64,000 bases of DNA from an uncultured Pseudomonadales bacterium (GCA_964557005.1 CAZKYI010000003.1:22378-86377), one strand, 5' to 3'; shown: positions 19,257 through 26,020, counted from the first letter of the stretch. The notes: generated from the letters alone by a model not told the origin. Translations and numbers: made by a program.

Positions 19257-20837
19257 ATGAGCCAAGCGGCTGCTTTTCCCGTCAAACGAGCGCTTTTGAG
19301 CGTATCTGACAAAACCGCACTGATTGAATTTGCCAAAGGGCTGGCAGAACTGGGCATAGAAATTCTTTCTACTGGCGGCACCTACAAACAACTCGTCAAT
19401 CACCGTATTCCTGTTAAAGAAGTATCTGAACATACCGGCTTTCCCGAAATCATGGATGGCCGCGTAAAAACCCTGCATCCCAAAATTCACGGCGGCATTC
19501 TCGCTCGCCGTGACATCGATCAGGCGGTGATGCTTGAAAACCGGATTGAAGCCATCGATTTGGTGGTGGTAAATCTCTACCCTTTTCAGGAAACCGTCGC
19601 CAAACCCGATTGCAATCTTGGCGATGCCATTGAGAACATTGATATTGGCGGCCCGACGATGGTGAGAGCAGCCGCCAAGAACCACGCCTTTGTTGGCATC
19701 GTGGTTGACCACAATGATTACAACAACATTCTCGCAGAGCTTAAAACGCAACAGCGCGTATTGAGTGCAGCGACCCGTTACAAACTCGCCGTCAAGGCGT
19801 TTAGCCACACAGCGCAATACGATGCTGCGATTTCCAACTACTTGATTGGCATGAACGAAAAAGCAGAAAAAGCCGAATTTGCCGATGTATTGAATTTGCA
19901 ATTTGAAAAAGTGGCTGACATGCGTTACGGCGAAAATCCTCATCAAAAAGCCGCTTTTTACCGTGAAGCCAAACTGAAAGAAAACAGTATTTCGAGCGCC
20001 ATACAAATTCAGGGCAAGGAACTTTCCTATAACAACATCGCCGATACGGACGCAGCGCTGGAATGCGTGCGCAGTTTTAGCGAATGTGCGTGCGTGATTG
20101 TCAAACATGCCAATCCTTGCGGGGTTGCGATTGGCAAGGATTGTCTCGACGCTTATCAAAAAGCATTTCAAACCGACCCCACTTCTGCCTTTGGCGGCAT
20201 CATCGCGTTTAACCGTGTGTTAGATGAACACTGCGCACAAGCAATGATTGACCAGCAATTTATTGAAGTGGTGATTGCGCCGAAAATTTCAGAGGCTGCG
20301 CGAATCGTGTTCCAACAAAAACACAATGTGCGCGTGCTGGAAACGGGTGATTTAAAACTGCTCGATACGCACCCGATGGATTACAAACGTGTGAACGGCG
20401 GCATTCTGGTTCAAGACCGTGATATGGGAAACATGACAGCCAGCGCTTTGAAAGTGGTGAGCAAACGCACGCCCACTGAAAACGAAATACGTGATTTGCT
20501 GTTCACATGGACGGTTGCCAAATTCACCAAATCCAACGCCATTGTGTATGCCAGAAATTTGCAAACCATTGGTGTCGGTGCAGGCCAAATGAGCCGTGTT
20601 TACAGTGCCAAAATTGCAGGTATCAAAGCAGCCGATGAAGGCTTGCAGGTACAAGGCGCAGTGATGGCCTCTGATGCCTTCTTCCCGTTCAGAGACGGAA
20701 TTGACGCAGCAGCGCAAGCAGGCATTCGTGCCATTATTCAACCAGGTGGCTCCATTCGTGACGAAGAAGTGATTGCTGCTGCCGATGAAGCCGACATCGC
20801 GATGGTGTTTACAGGCATGCGCCATTTCAGGCACTAA
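19257..20837 (+). CDS. purH: Bifunctional AICAR transformylase / IMP cyclohydrolase
   Basis: The sequence is colinear with PurH along its full length ([10 protein letters not shown]..., [22 protein letters not shown]-terminus). Confidence 0.95.
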   Translation: MSQAAAFPVKRALLSVSDKTALIEFAKGLAELGIEILSTGGTYKQLVNHRIPVKEVSEHTGFPEIMDGRVKTLHPKIHGGILARRDIDQAVMLENRIEAIDLVVVNLYPFQETVAKPDCNLGDAIENIDIGGPTMVRAAAKNHAFVGIVVDHNDYNNILAELKTQQRVLSAATRYKLAVKAFSHTAQYDAAISNYLIGMNEKAEKAEFADVLNLQFEKVADMRYGENPHQKAAFYREAKLKENSISSAIQIQGKELSYNNIADTDAALECVRSFSECACVIVKHANPCGVAIGKDCLDAYQKAFQTDPTSAFGGIIAFNRVLDEHCAQAMIDQQFIEVVIAPKISEAARIVFQQKHNVRVLETGDLKLLDTHPMDYKRVNGGILVQDRDMGNMTASALKVVSKRTPTENEIRDLLFTWTVAKFTKSNAIVYARNLQTIGVGAGQMSRVYSAKIAGIKAADEGLQVQGAVMASDAFFPFRDGIDAAAQAGIRAIIQPGGSIRDEEVIAAADEADIAMVFTGMRHFRH

Positions 20838-20870
20838 ACGTCTGAACAAATCCCAATAGAGTAACTTGTT

Positions 20871-22160
20871 ATGAAAATTCTCATCATAGGTAACGGTGGC
20901 AGAGAACATGCTCTGGCATGGAAATGCGCACAATCCGCATCGGTCAGCGAAGTGTTTGTAGCGCCCGGCAATGCCGGAACAGCGGGAGAAAACAAAACCC
21001 GCAATGTCGCGATTGATGTACTTGATAATGAACAACTGATTCGCTTTGCACAACAGCAGTACATCGATTTGTGTATTGTTGGCCCCGAAGCACCTTTGGT
21101 GAATGCGCTGGTGGATGATTTTCAAAAAGCGGGGCTTAACTGTTTTGGCCCCACTCAAAACGCTGCACAACTGGAAGGCTCGAAAGCCTTCACCAAGGAT
21201 TTTCTGGCGCGTCACAAAATTCCTACGGCGACTTACCAGAATTTTACCGATGTCGATGCAGCGATTGCCTACATCAAACAACAAGGTGCACCAATTGTTG
21301 TGAAAGCTGATGGCTTGGCAGCGGGTAAAGGCGTAATTGTGGCGCAAACCGAACAGCAAGCGATTGATGCCGTGCGCGATATGCTTGCAGACAACCGCTT
21401 TGGTAATGCAGGCAGTCGCGTGGTGATTGAAGAATTTCTGACAGGCGAAGAAGCCAGTTTTATTTGCATGGTCGATGGTAAAAACATTCTGCCGATGGCC
21501 AGTTCACAGGATCACAAAGCGCGTGACAATGGTGACCAGGGGCCTAACACGGGCGGCATGGGTGCTTATTCCCCTGCACCTGTTGTGACTACTGAAATTC
21601 ACCAGAAAATCATGGAACAAGTGATGCAACCCACTGTGGCAGGCATGGCCGCAGAAGGAAATCGCTATCTCGGTTTTCTCTATGCAGGTGTGATGATTGA
21701 TGCGGCAGGTAATGTCAAGGTACTGGAATTCAACTGCCGTTTTGGCGACCCCGAAACCCAACCGATTATGATGCGCCTGCAATCTGATTTGCCTGCACTG
21801 TGTCTGGCTGCACTGGATGGCAAGCTCGACCAACAAGTTGTTCACTGGGATGAACGGCCCTGCCTGGGCGTTGTGATGGCCTCTGGCGGTTATCCCGACA
21901 GTTATCAAAAAGGCTTCCCAATTTCAGGTCTGGATGCTGCTCAACAAGATGAAAAAATTTTTATTGCGGGTGCTGAACAGCAAGCAGGTGAAGTGGTCAA
22001 CACGGGAGGGCGCGTCCTGTGCGTGTGCGCCCTGGACAACTCGGTGAGTGAGGCACAACAAAAAGCCTACGCACTGGTCAACAAAGTCCACTGGCAAGAT
22101 GCCTATTTCCGCACCGATATTGGCTATCGCGCAGTTGCCAGAGAAAAGCACACAGACTAA
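20871..22160 (+). CDS. purD: Phosphoribosylamine-glycine ligase
   Basis: MKILIIGNGGREHALAWK, ATP-grasp motifs, GPNTGGMGAYSPAP. Confidence 0.95.
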   Translation: MKILIIGNGGREHALAWKCAQSASVSEVFVAPGNAGTAGENKTRNVAIDVLDNEQLIRFAQQQYIDLCIVGPEAPLVNALVDDFQKAGLNCFGPTQNAAQLEGSKAFTKDFLARHKIPTATYQNFTDVDAAIAYIKQQGAPIVVKADGLAAGKGVIVAQTEQQAIDAVRDMLADNRFGNAGSRVVIEEFLTGEEASFICMVDGKNILPMASSQDHKARDNGDQGPNTGGMGAYSPAPVVTTEIHQKIMEQVMQPTVAGMAAEGNRYLGFLYAGVMIDAAGNVKVLEFNCRFGDPETQPIMMRLQSDLPALCLAALDGKLDQQVVHWDERPCLGVVMASGGYPDSYQKGFPISGLDAAQQDEKIFIAGAEQQAGEVVNTGGRVLCVCALDNSVSEAQQKAYALVNKVHWQDAYFRTDIGYRAVAREKHTD

Positions 22161-22197
22161 AGTTAGCTCACATTAAAAAGAACAAACAAGGTGAATT

Positions 22198-22539
22198 ATG
22201 AATTGTTTTTTTTGCAAAATGGCAAACAAGGAAGTCCCTAGTGAATTTCTCTATGAAGATAAAGATGTAGTGGCATTCAAAGACATCAATCCTCAAGCTC
22301 CCGTCCATATTCTCGTTATTCCAAAAAAACATATTGCCACTTTAAATGACGCAGAAAGCAGCGATGCCTTGCTGCTTGGCAAGCTACAACTGGTTGCCAG
22401 AAAAATTGCCCGTGAACTGGGTTTTGCAGACGATGGTTACCGCGTTGTTATGAACTGCAAAGGTCATGGGGGGCAAACCGTATTCCACATTCACCTGCAT
22501 TTGCTCGGTGGTCGCCAGATGGGTTGGCCGCCAGGTTAA
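22198..22539 (+). CDS. HIT family (histidine triad nucleotide-binding) protein
   Basis: CFFCKM N-terminus and histidine triad HIHLHLLGG. Confidence 0.85.
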   Translation: MNCFFCKMANKEVPSEFLYEDKDVVAFKDINPQAPVHILVIPKKHIATLNDAESSDALLLGKLQLVARKIARELGFADDGYRVVMNCKGHGGQTVFHIHLHLLGGRQMGWPPG

Positions 22540-22543
22540 ATTT

Positions 22544-23185
22544 ATGCGTCGCCTGTCAAAACTCGATTTGCTGCTTAAAAACGGAGATCAGATTCTTCGA
22601 ACTGTGAGTGGCAACGCTCAGCATTCCGAACGTCCTTCTCCTGCACACCACACCAAAAACACTGCCGAACTTAGCGAACAAAAACGAAAACACATTGCAG
22701 GTTTAATGCGCATCAATCACACGGGCGAAGTGTGTGCGCAAGCGCTCTATCAAGGTCAGGCTTTAACCGCGCGTAGTGAAAAGGTAAAACAAAACATGCA
22801 GGTTGCTGCCAACGAAGAAATTGATCATCTGGTTTGGTGTGAACAACGGCTTGCAGACTTGAATGATCATGTCAGTTATCTCAACCCGCTTTGGTATGCA
22901 CTGTCTTTTTCTTTGGGCGCGATTGCAGGTTTGGCAGGCGATGAATGGAGTCTGGGCTTTGTAAAAGAAACCGAAGATCAGGTGGTGAAGCACCTCGAAT
23001 CACATCTTGATCAAATTCCTGTGAGCGACCAGGCCACTCGCTCTGTGCTTTTGCAAATGAAAACCGATGAAGCCAAACATGCGCACATGGCACAACAAGA
23101 AGGCGCTCACGAATTACCTGTACCAGTTAAGAAAGCCATGAGCCTGATGTCCAAGGCCATGACAGGTTCTTGTTATTATATTTAG
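22544..23185 (+). CDS. coq7: Demethoxyubiquinone hydroxylase (2-nonaprenyl-3-methyl-6-methoxy-1,4-benzoquinol hydroxylase)
   Basis: Di-iron motifs MRINHTGEVCAQALYQGQ, NEEIDHL, ETEDQVVKHL, DEAKHAH. The ATG at 22544 avoids the listed 78-nt overlap with the HIT gene. Confidence 0.85.
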   Translation: MRRLSKLDLLLKNGDQILRTVSGNAQHSERPSPAHHTKNTAELSEQKRKHIAGLMRINHTGEVCAQALYQGQALTARSEKVKQNMQVAANEEIDHLVWCEQRLADLNDHVSYLNPLWYALSFSLGAIAGLAGDEWSLGFVKETEDQVVKHLESHLDQIPVSDQATRSVLLQMKTDEAKHAHMAQQEGAHELPVPVKKAMSLMSKAMTGSCYYI

Positions 23186-23215
23186 AAAACCAGATTCGTT
23201 ATTGTTCTGCTCACA

Positions 23216-23284
23216 GTCATCTTGAGCGAACGCAGTGAGTCGAAAGATCTCCAAATGAGATCCCTCGACTTCGCTCGGGATGAC
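23216..23284. repeat. 69-bp bulged imperfect palindrome (two inverted copies of repeat module Y)
   Basis: The left arm GTCATCTTGAGCGAACGCAGTGAGTCGAAAGATCTC pairs with the right arm GAGATCCCTCGACTTCGCTCGGGATGAC in four 6-bp blocks. It has an 8-nt left-arm bulge and a 5-nt loop. Confidence 0.8.
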
Positions 23285-23300
23285 CTTGAATGAGGTTATC

Positions 23301-23346
23301 GAACATGAATAAACAAACAAAATGTTGCAAGTGCAGCAGAAGAAAC
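23301..23346 (+). repeat. Repeat module Z, copy 1 (conserved box of about 45 bp upstream of a cassette ORF)
   Basis: GAACATGAATAAACAAACAAAATGTTGCAAGTGCAGCAGAAGAAAC is near-identical to 24072-24116. Confidence 0.8.
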
Positions 23347-23362
23347 AATTGGGTGATCATCA

Positions 23363-24013
23363 ATGACAGGGCAAGTATCTCATACCGTTCAATTCCACGA
23401 TGAGGAATATAAGGTTTTAGCAGTATATCCAGATGAGCCGTTCACACCAGAACACATAGGATTAACAACAAGATGGGTGAGTACCTCCTGCTTTGGAGGG
23501 TATCTTTGTAAGTTTGAAGTTGCAGACAAACAGTTTCGATTAAGATCATTGGAATTGTCACTGAGAGCAGAAGATGGGGAAGCCGAATTTCTTGAAAAAA
23601 TGCCGCAGTTATTCGGGAAAAGTGCAACACTCCCAGAACCTTACGCAAGCAATGTTGGCGAATATTTGAATTTAAACTACCAATTACCTTTTTCTGGTGA
23701 AATTTTATTTGGTCGATTCGATGAAGACTTACGAGCTTCTTGGCATGGTTACACACGAGCTTGGGAGTGTGAAGAAGTGTGGCATCTGGTATCGTCAAAC
23801 GGTTGCATTACAAAAGTTAAGGAAGTTTCAGACATTTTCGAGCGCTTCCGAGAGCTTTATGTGATTCAATTTTGTGACATTGGTAATTCAGAATATGCAA
23901 AAGGCAAATCAGCATCAGATGAATATACAATACATTGGTGCTTGCCAGAAAACAGGAAAAAATATCGGGCATTTTTAAAACGTCGCTTTGGTCATAGGTT
24001 TGATATTTATTAA
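23363..24013 (+). CDS. Hypothetical protein (orphan cassette ORF, 216 aa)
   Basis: A long ORF in the co-oriented array with no overlapping alternative. I recognise no family motif, signal peptide or TM. Confidence 0.5.
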   Translation: MTGQVSHTVQFHDEEYKVLAVYPDEPFTPEHIGLTTRWVSTSCFGGYLCKFEVADKQFRLRSLELSLRAEDGEAEFLEKMPQLFGKSATLPEPYASNVGEYLNLNYQLPFSGEILFGRFDEDLRASWHGYTRAWECEEVWHLVSSNGCITKVKEVSDIFERFRELYVIQFCDIGNSEYAKGKSASDEYTIHWCLPENRKKYRAFLKRRFGHRFDIY

Positions 24014-24022
24014 TGAATTTCC

Positions 24023-24116
24023 GCCTAACAAACGAACACTTACTTCAAGATAGCCCCTAAGCAAGGCCATTGAACATGAATAAACAAACAAAATGTTACA
24101 AGCGCAACAAAAGAAC
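24023..24116 (+). repeat. Complete inter-cassette boundary unit (modules X-Y-Z); attC-like candidate
   Basis: It starts GCCTAACAAACGAACACTTACT; the 15-mer AAACGAACACTTACT is identical to 25973-25987. A degenerate Y module follows, then Z (24072-24116) ending in ATGTTACAAG. A possible -35 TTACAA (24096) and -10 TATTAT (24118), 16 nt apart, precede hicB. Confidence 0.6.
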
Positions 24117-24162
24117 CTATTATGCTCTATGCAGTGTCTTCAACTTTGGGTAAAGTTTGACC

Positions 24163-24375
24163 ATGAATACTCAATATACAGCAATCGTAAAAAAAGAAGG
24201 TAACTGGTGGATCGGCTGGATCGAAGAAGTTCCAGGGGTTAATTGTCAGGAATCTACCAAAGATGCTCTTGTGGAATCTTTGAGAATAACGCTTGGAGAG
24301 GCTTTGGAACTCAATCGCAGTGATGCCATTACTGCGGCAGGCGAAGGATTTGAGGAGCTCAGAGTGGCTTTATGA
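24163..24375 (+). CDS. hicB: HicB-family antitoxin (short form, no obvious DNA-binding domain)
   Basis: YTAIVKKEGNWWIGWIEEVPGVNCQESTKDALVESL matches the HicB/UPF0150 fold. The stop overlaps the hicA start in ATGA (24372-24375). Confidence 0.75.
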   Translation: MNTQYTAIVKKEGNWWIGWIEEVPGVNCQESTKDALVESLRITLGEALELNRSDAITAAGEGFEELRVAL

Positions 24376-24557
24376 AACGACGCGACCTGATTCGGCATCT
24401 CGAATCTCATGGTTGCGAACTGCTCAGGGAAGGCGGCAGACATTCTTGGTGGCACAACCCTTCTCAAAACAAGCGTTCAGCAGTTCCGCGACATCAAGAG
24501 ATAGACAAGCACTTGGCACGCAAGATTTGCACCGATCTTGGAATTCCCAAGCCGTGA
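24372..24557 (+). CDS. hicA: HicA mRNA interferase toxin
   Basis: MKRRDLIRHLESHGCELLREGGRHSWWHNP...VPRHQEI is the HicA/YcfA signature. Confidence 0.85.
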   Translation: MKRRDLIRHLESHGCELLREGGRHSWWHNPSQNKRSAVPRHQEIDKHLARKICTDLGIPKP

Positions 24558-24561
24558 ACTC

Positions 24562-24653
24562 ACATAACAATAAAGTAAGTTAGACAGCAATCCAGAAGCA
24601 AAAAACCAGATGCGAGATATATGTTGTTTCTGTAATAAAAGAAACTGTTAGAT
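24562..24653 (+). repeat. attC-like candidate site downstream of hicA
   Basis: It begins ACATAACAA 8 nt after the stop. It ends in GTTAGAT (24647-24653), a perfect GTTRRRY core site, 22 nt before the next start codon. It contains an internal GTTTCT/AGAAAC stem. Confidence 0.4.
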
Positions 24654-24674
24654 TTTTTGATGAGAAAAAAATAA

Positions 24675-25073
24675 ATGCGTAAGCCTGTAATCATTGCCAC
24701 TTTTTCTTTCCCTCATGAGGCACAAATAGCTCGTTCCAGTTTAGAAAGTGCTGGCATACCAGCGACAGTGGCAGATGAACACACAATTAATATGCAATGG
24801 TTGTATTCTCATGCCTTAGGTGGCGTGAAGGTTCTAGTGCCGCAAGAGTATGCAGATGAAGCACTTGGTATCTTAAGTAGTGATTTTTCTCAAGAAATAG
24901 AAGAGCCCTTTAAAAAAGAGTTATATTGTCCTTCTTGTAAAAGTTTTAATCTTGAGCCTTATACCAAAAGCAAAAAGTCGGCTTTTCTGATTTTTATTTT
25001 TCTGGGATTTCCATTGTTTTTCTATAAGCATGGATTAAAGTGTAATGATTGCGGTTTTTTCTGGAAAAAATAA
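24675..25073 (+). CDS. DUF2007-like (putative signal-transducing) domain protein with a C-terminal zinc ribbon split by a TM helix
   Basis: The N-terminal part IATFSFPHEAQIARSSLESAGIPATVADEH...GGVKVLVPQEYADEA is DUF2007-like. This is followed by CPSC, a hydrophobic stretch FLIFIFLGFPLFF, and CNDC. Confidence 0.6.
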   Translation: MRKPVIIATFSFPHEAQIARSSLESAGIPATVADEHTINMQWLYSHALGGVKVLVPQEYADEALGILSSDFSQEIEEPFKKELYCPSCKSFNLEPYTKSKKSAFLIFIFLGFPLFFYKHGLKCNDCGFFWKK

Positions 25074-25212
25074 CAATCAACTCAAGAGCGATATAGGTGC
25101 TATCGCGCCTCGGCCACCTATTTGAGCGTTGAGAGCTATGAACTACAAAGCCCCCCATCTAGATATGGTGGCTTCTGGCGTTCAGCTTGGTAGCCTGACC
25201 AACGGGCATGTA

Positions 25213-25257
25213 CTGATGAGACCAAACATGCACACATCGCAAAACAAGAAGACGCAT
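25213..25257 (+). pseudogene. coq7: Displaced, diverged fragment of the coq7 3' end
   Basis: 25213-25255 aligns with coq7 23064-23106 at 36 of 43 nt by hand. It encodes TDETKHAHIAKQEDA* where coq7 has TDEAKHAHMAQQEGAHE. A possible extension back to CATCTAGAT (25156) matches coq7 CATCTTGAT (23003), with a 4-nt length difference that causes a frameshift. Confidence 0.65.
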
Positions 25258-25294
25258 GAGATCCCTCGACTGCGCTGGGAATAACCTTGTGGTG
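25258..25294 (+). repeat. Repeat module Y copy fused directly to the coq7 remnant
   Basis: GAGATCCCTCGACTGCGCTGGGAATAACCTTGTGGTG is the counterpart of 23257-23296 (GAGATCCCTCGACTTCGCTCGGGATGACCTTGAATGAGG). Confidence 0.75.
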
Positions 25295-25320
25295 TTATGT
25301 GCTAATCAGCACTAGCTCTC

Positions 25321-25365
25321 TTGCGAGATATAACAAATATGTTACTATCCGTCCATGACATGGAC
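25321..25365 (+). promoter_or_regulatory. Putative higBA promoter plus a 15-bp perfect palindrome (operator candidate) over the start codon
   Basis: -35 TTGCGA (25321-25326), 16-nt spacer, -10 TACTAT (25343-25348). The palindrome GTCCATGACATGGAC (25351-25365) contains the ATG at 25355. There is no Shine-Dalgarno, so the mRNA may be leaderless. Confidence 0.45.
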
Positions 25366-25684
25366 GATTGAATATAGATACAAGGATGTGGAGCAGTTTG
25401 TATTGATGCTGCCCACTGGCTTGTCAGCAAAGTATTTCCATTTAACAGATTTGATGTTGGAGTTTGGGGCAGATTTGGGTATGCCTCATACAAAACCCAT
25501 GTCCAATGGTCTATTTGAACTACGGGTGAAAGGTAAGGAAGGTATTGCCAGAGTCTTTTACTGCACCAAAGTGGGTAAGCAGATCATCATGTTGCATGCT
25601 TTCATAAAGAAAACTCCAAAGACACCACCGAAAGAATTACGTAAAGCTCAACAACGCTTGAGTGAGGTAAAAAATGAACCATAG
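25355..25684 (+). CDS. higB: RelE/ParE-superfamily toxin (HigB / phage Gp49-like)
   Basis: LFELRVKGKEGIARVFYCTKVGKQIIMLHAFIKKTPKTPPKEL is the Gp49/HigB signature. The toxin-first order and the 11-nt overlap with the antitoxin are typical of higBA. Confidence 0.8.
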   Translation: MTWTIEYRYKDVEQFVLMLPTGLSAKYFHLTDLMLEFGADLGMPHTKPMSNGLFELRVKGKEGIARVFYCTKVGKQIIMLHAFIKKTPKTPPKELRKAQQRLSEVKNEP

Positions 25685-25961
25685 TGAATTAAAAGCAAAA
25701 GCACTTTCCAATCCCAAGGTGAAAGCTGCTTACGATAAAATGGCTCCAGAATTTGCGCTTCTGAGACAAATGCTCAAAGCAAGGCAGGCAGCAGGGCTTA
25801 GTCAGGCTGATGTCGCAGAACTTATGGGTACAAAACCACCTGCAGTAACACGACTTGAATCTTCCCTGAGTAACGGCAAACATTCTCCTTCATTGGCTAC
25901 ACTGCAAAAATATGCTCATGCAGTCGGATACGAGCTACAAGTTAAACTGGTACGCCCATAA
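25674..25961 (+). CDS. higA: XRE-family HTH antitoxin (HigA-like)
   Basis: HTH LSQADVAELMGTKPPAVTRLE; the size and position downstream of higB fit. Confidence 0.8.
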   Translation: MNHSELKAKALSNPKVKAAYDKMAPEFALLRQMLKARQAAGLSQADVAELMGTKPPAVTRLESSLSNGKHSPSLATLQKYAHAVGYELQVKLVRP

Positions 25962-26012
25962 CAAGCTGAAGCAAACGAACACTTACTGCGTTCGGGATGA
26001 CCCTGCATAAGG
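25959..26012 (+). repeat. Terminal boundary unit (modules X-Y, no Z) abutting the yhfA stop
   Basis: TAACAAGCTGAAGCAAACGAACACTTACTGCGTTCGGGATGACCCTGCATAAGG shares the X 15-mer with 24030-24044 and the Y core with 23269-23296 and 25269-25294. Confidence 0.7.
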
Positions 26013-26020
26013 CTCCTTAA

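Larger units (their letters stand above)
23186..26020 (+). mobile_element. Integrase-less cassette-like islet (four co-oriented units separated by shared repeat modules) inserted between coq7 and yhfA
   Basis: All ORFs are on the + strand and two of the four units are toxin-antitoxin pairs. Repeat modules sit at 23216-23346, 24023-24116, 25258-25294 and 25959-26012. TAACAA lies at or just after every unit's stop codon. A coq7 3' remnant is at 25213-25257. The flanking genes are conserved housekeeping genes. Confidence 0.55.

Noticed and set aside
19134-20171. 345-aa ORF on the minus strand
   Set aside because: It is entirely antisense to purH, whose plus-strand product is colinear with PurH. 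The translation is low-complexity and family-less, so it is a shadow ORF.
20352-21359. 335-aa ORF on the minus strand spanning the purH-purD junction
   Set aside because: It is antisense to two well-supported genes and has no recognisable motifs, so it is a shadow ORF.
22466-22543. N-terminal extension of coq7 listed in the ORF track
   Set aside because: It overlaps the 3' end of the HIT gene by 74 nt. The ATG at 22544, just after the HIT stop, gives a Coq7 of normal length.
23114-23320. 68-aa minus-strand ORF (…VIPSEVEGSHLEIFRLTAFAQDD…)
   Set aside because: It is a read-through translation of the module-Y palindrome and the coq7 3' end. Peptides of this kind are typical artefacts of this repeat class.
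25138-25287. 49-aa ORF (MNYKAPHLDMVASG…) in the DUF2007-higB spacer
   Set aside because: It runs through the frameshifted coq7 remnant and into repeat module Y. It is best explained as pseudogene debris rather than a gene.
23186-26020. Calling the islet a complete, canonical integron
   Set aside because: There is no intI gene or attI-like site in the window. Most putative R' boxes (GTTAC/GTTGC) deviate from GTTRRRY. By-hand R''/R' and L''/L' pairing is weak. I report only an integron-like, CALIN-like hypothesis.
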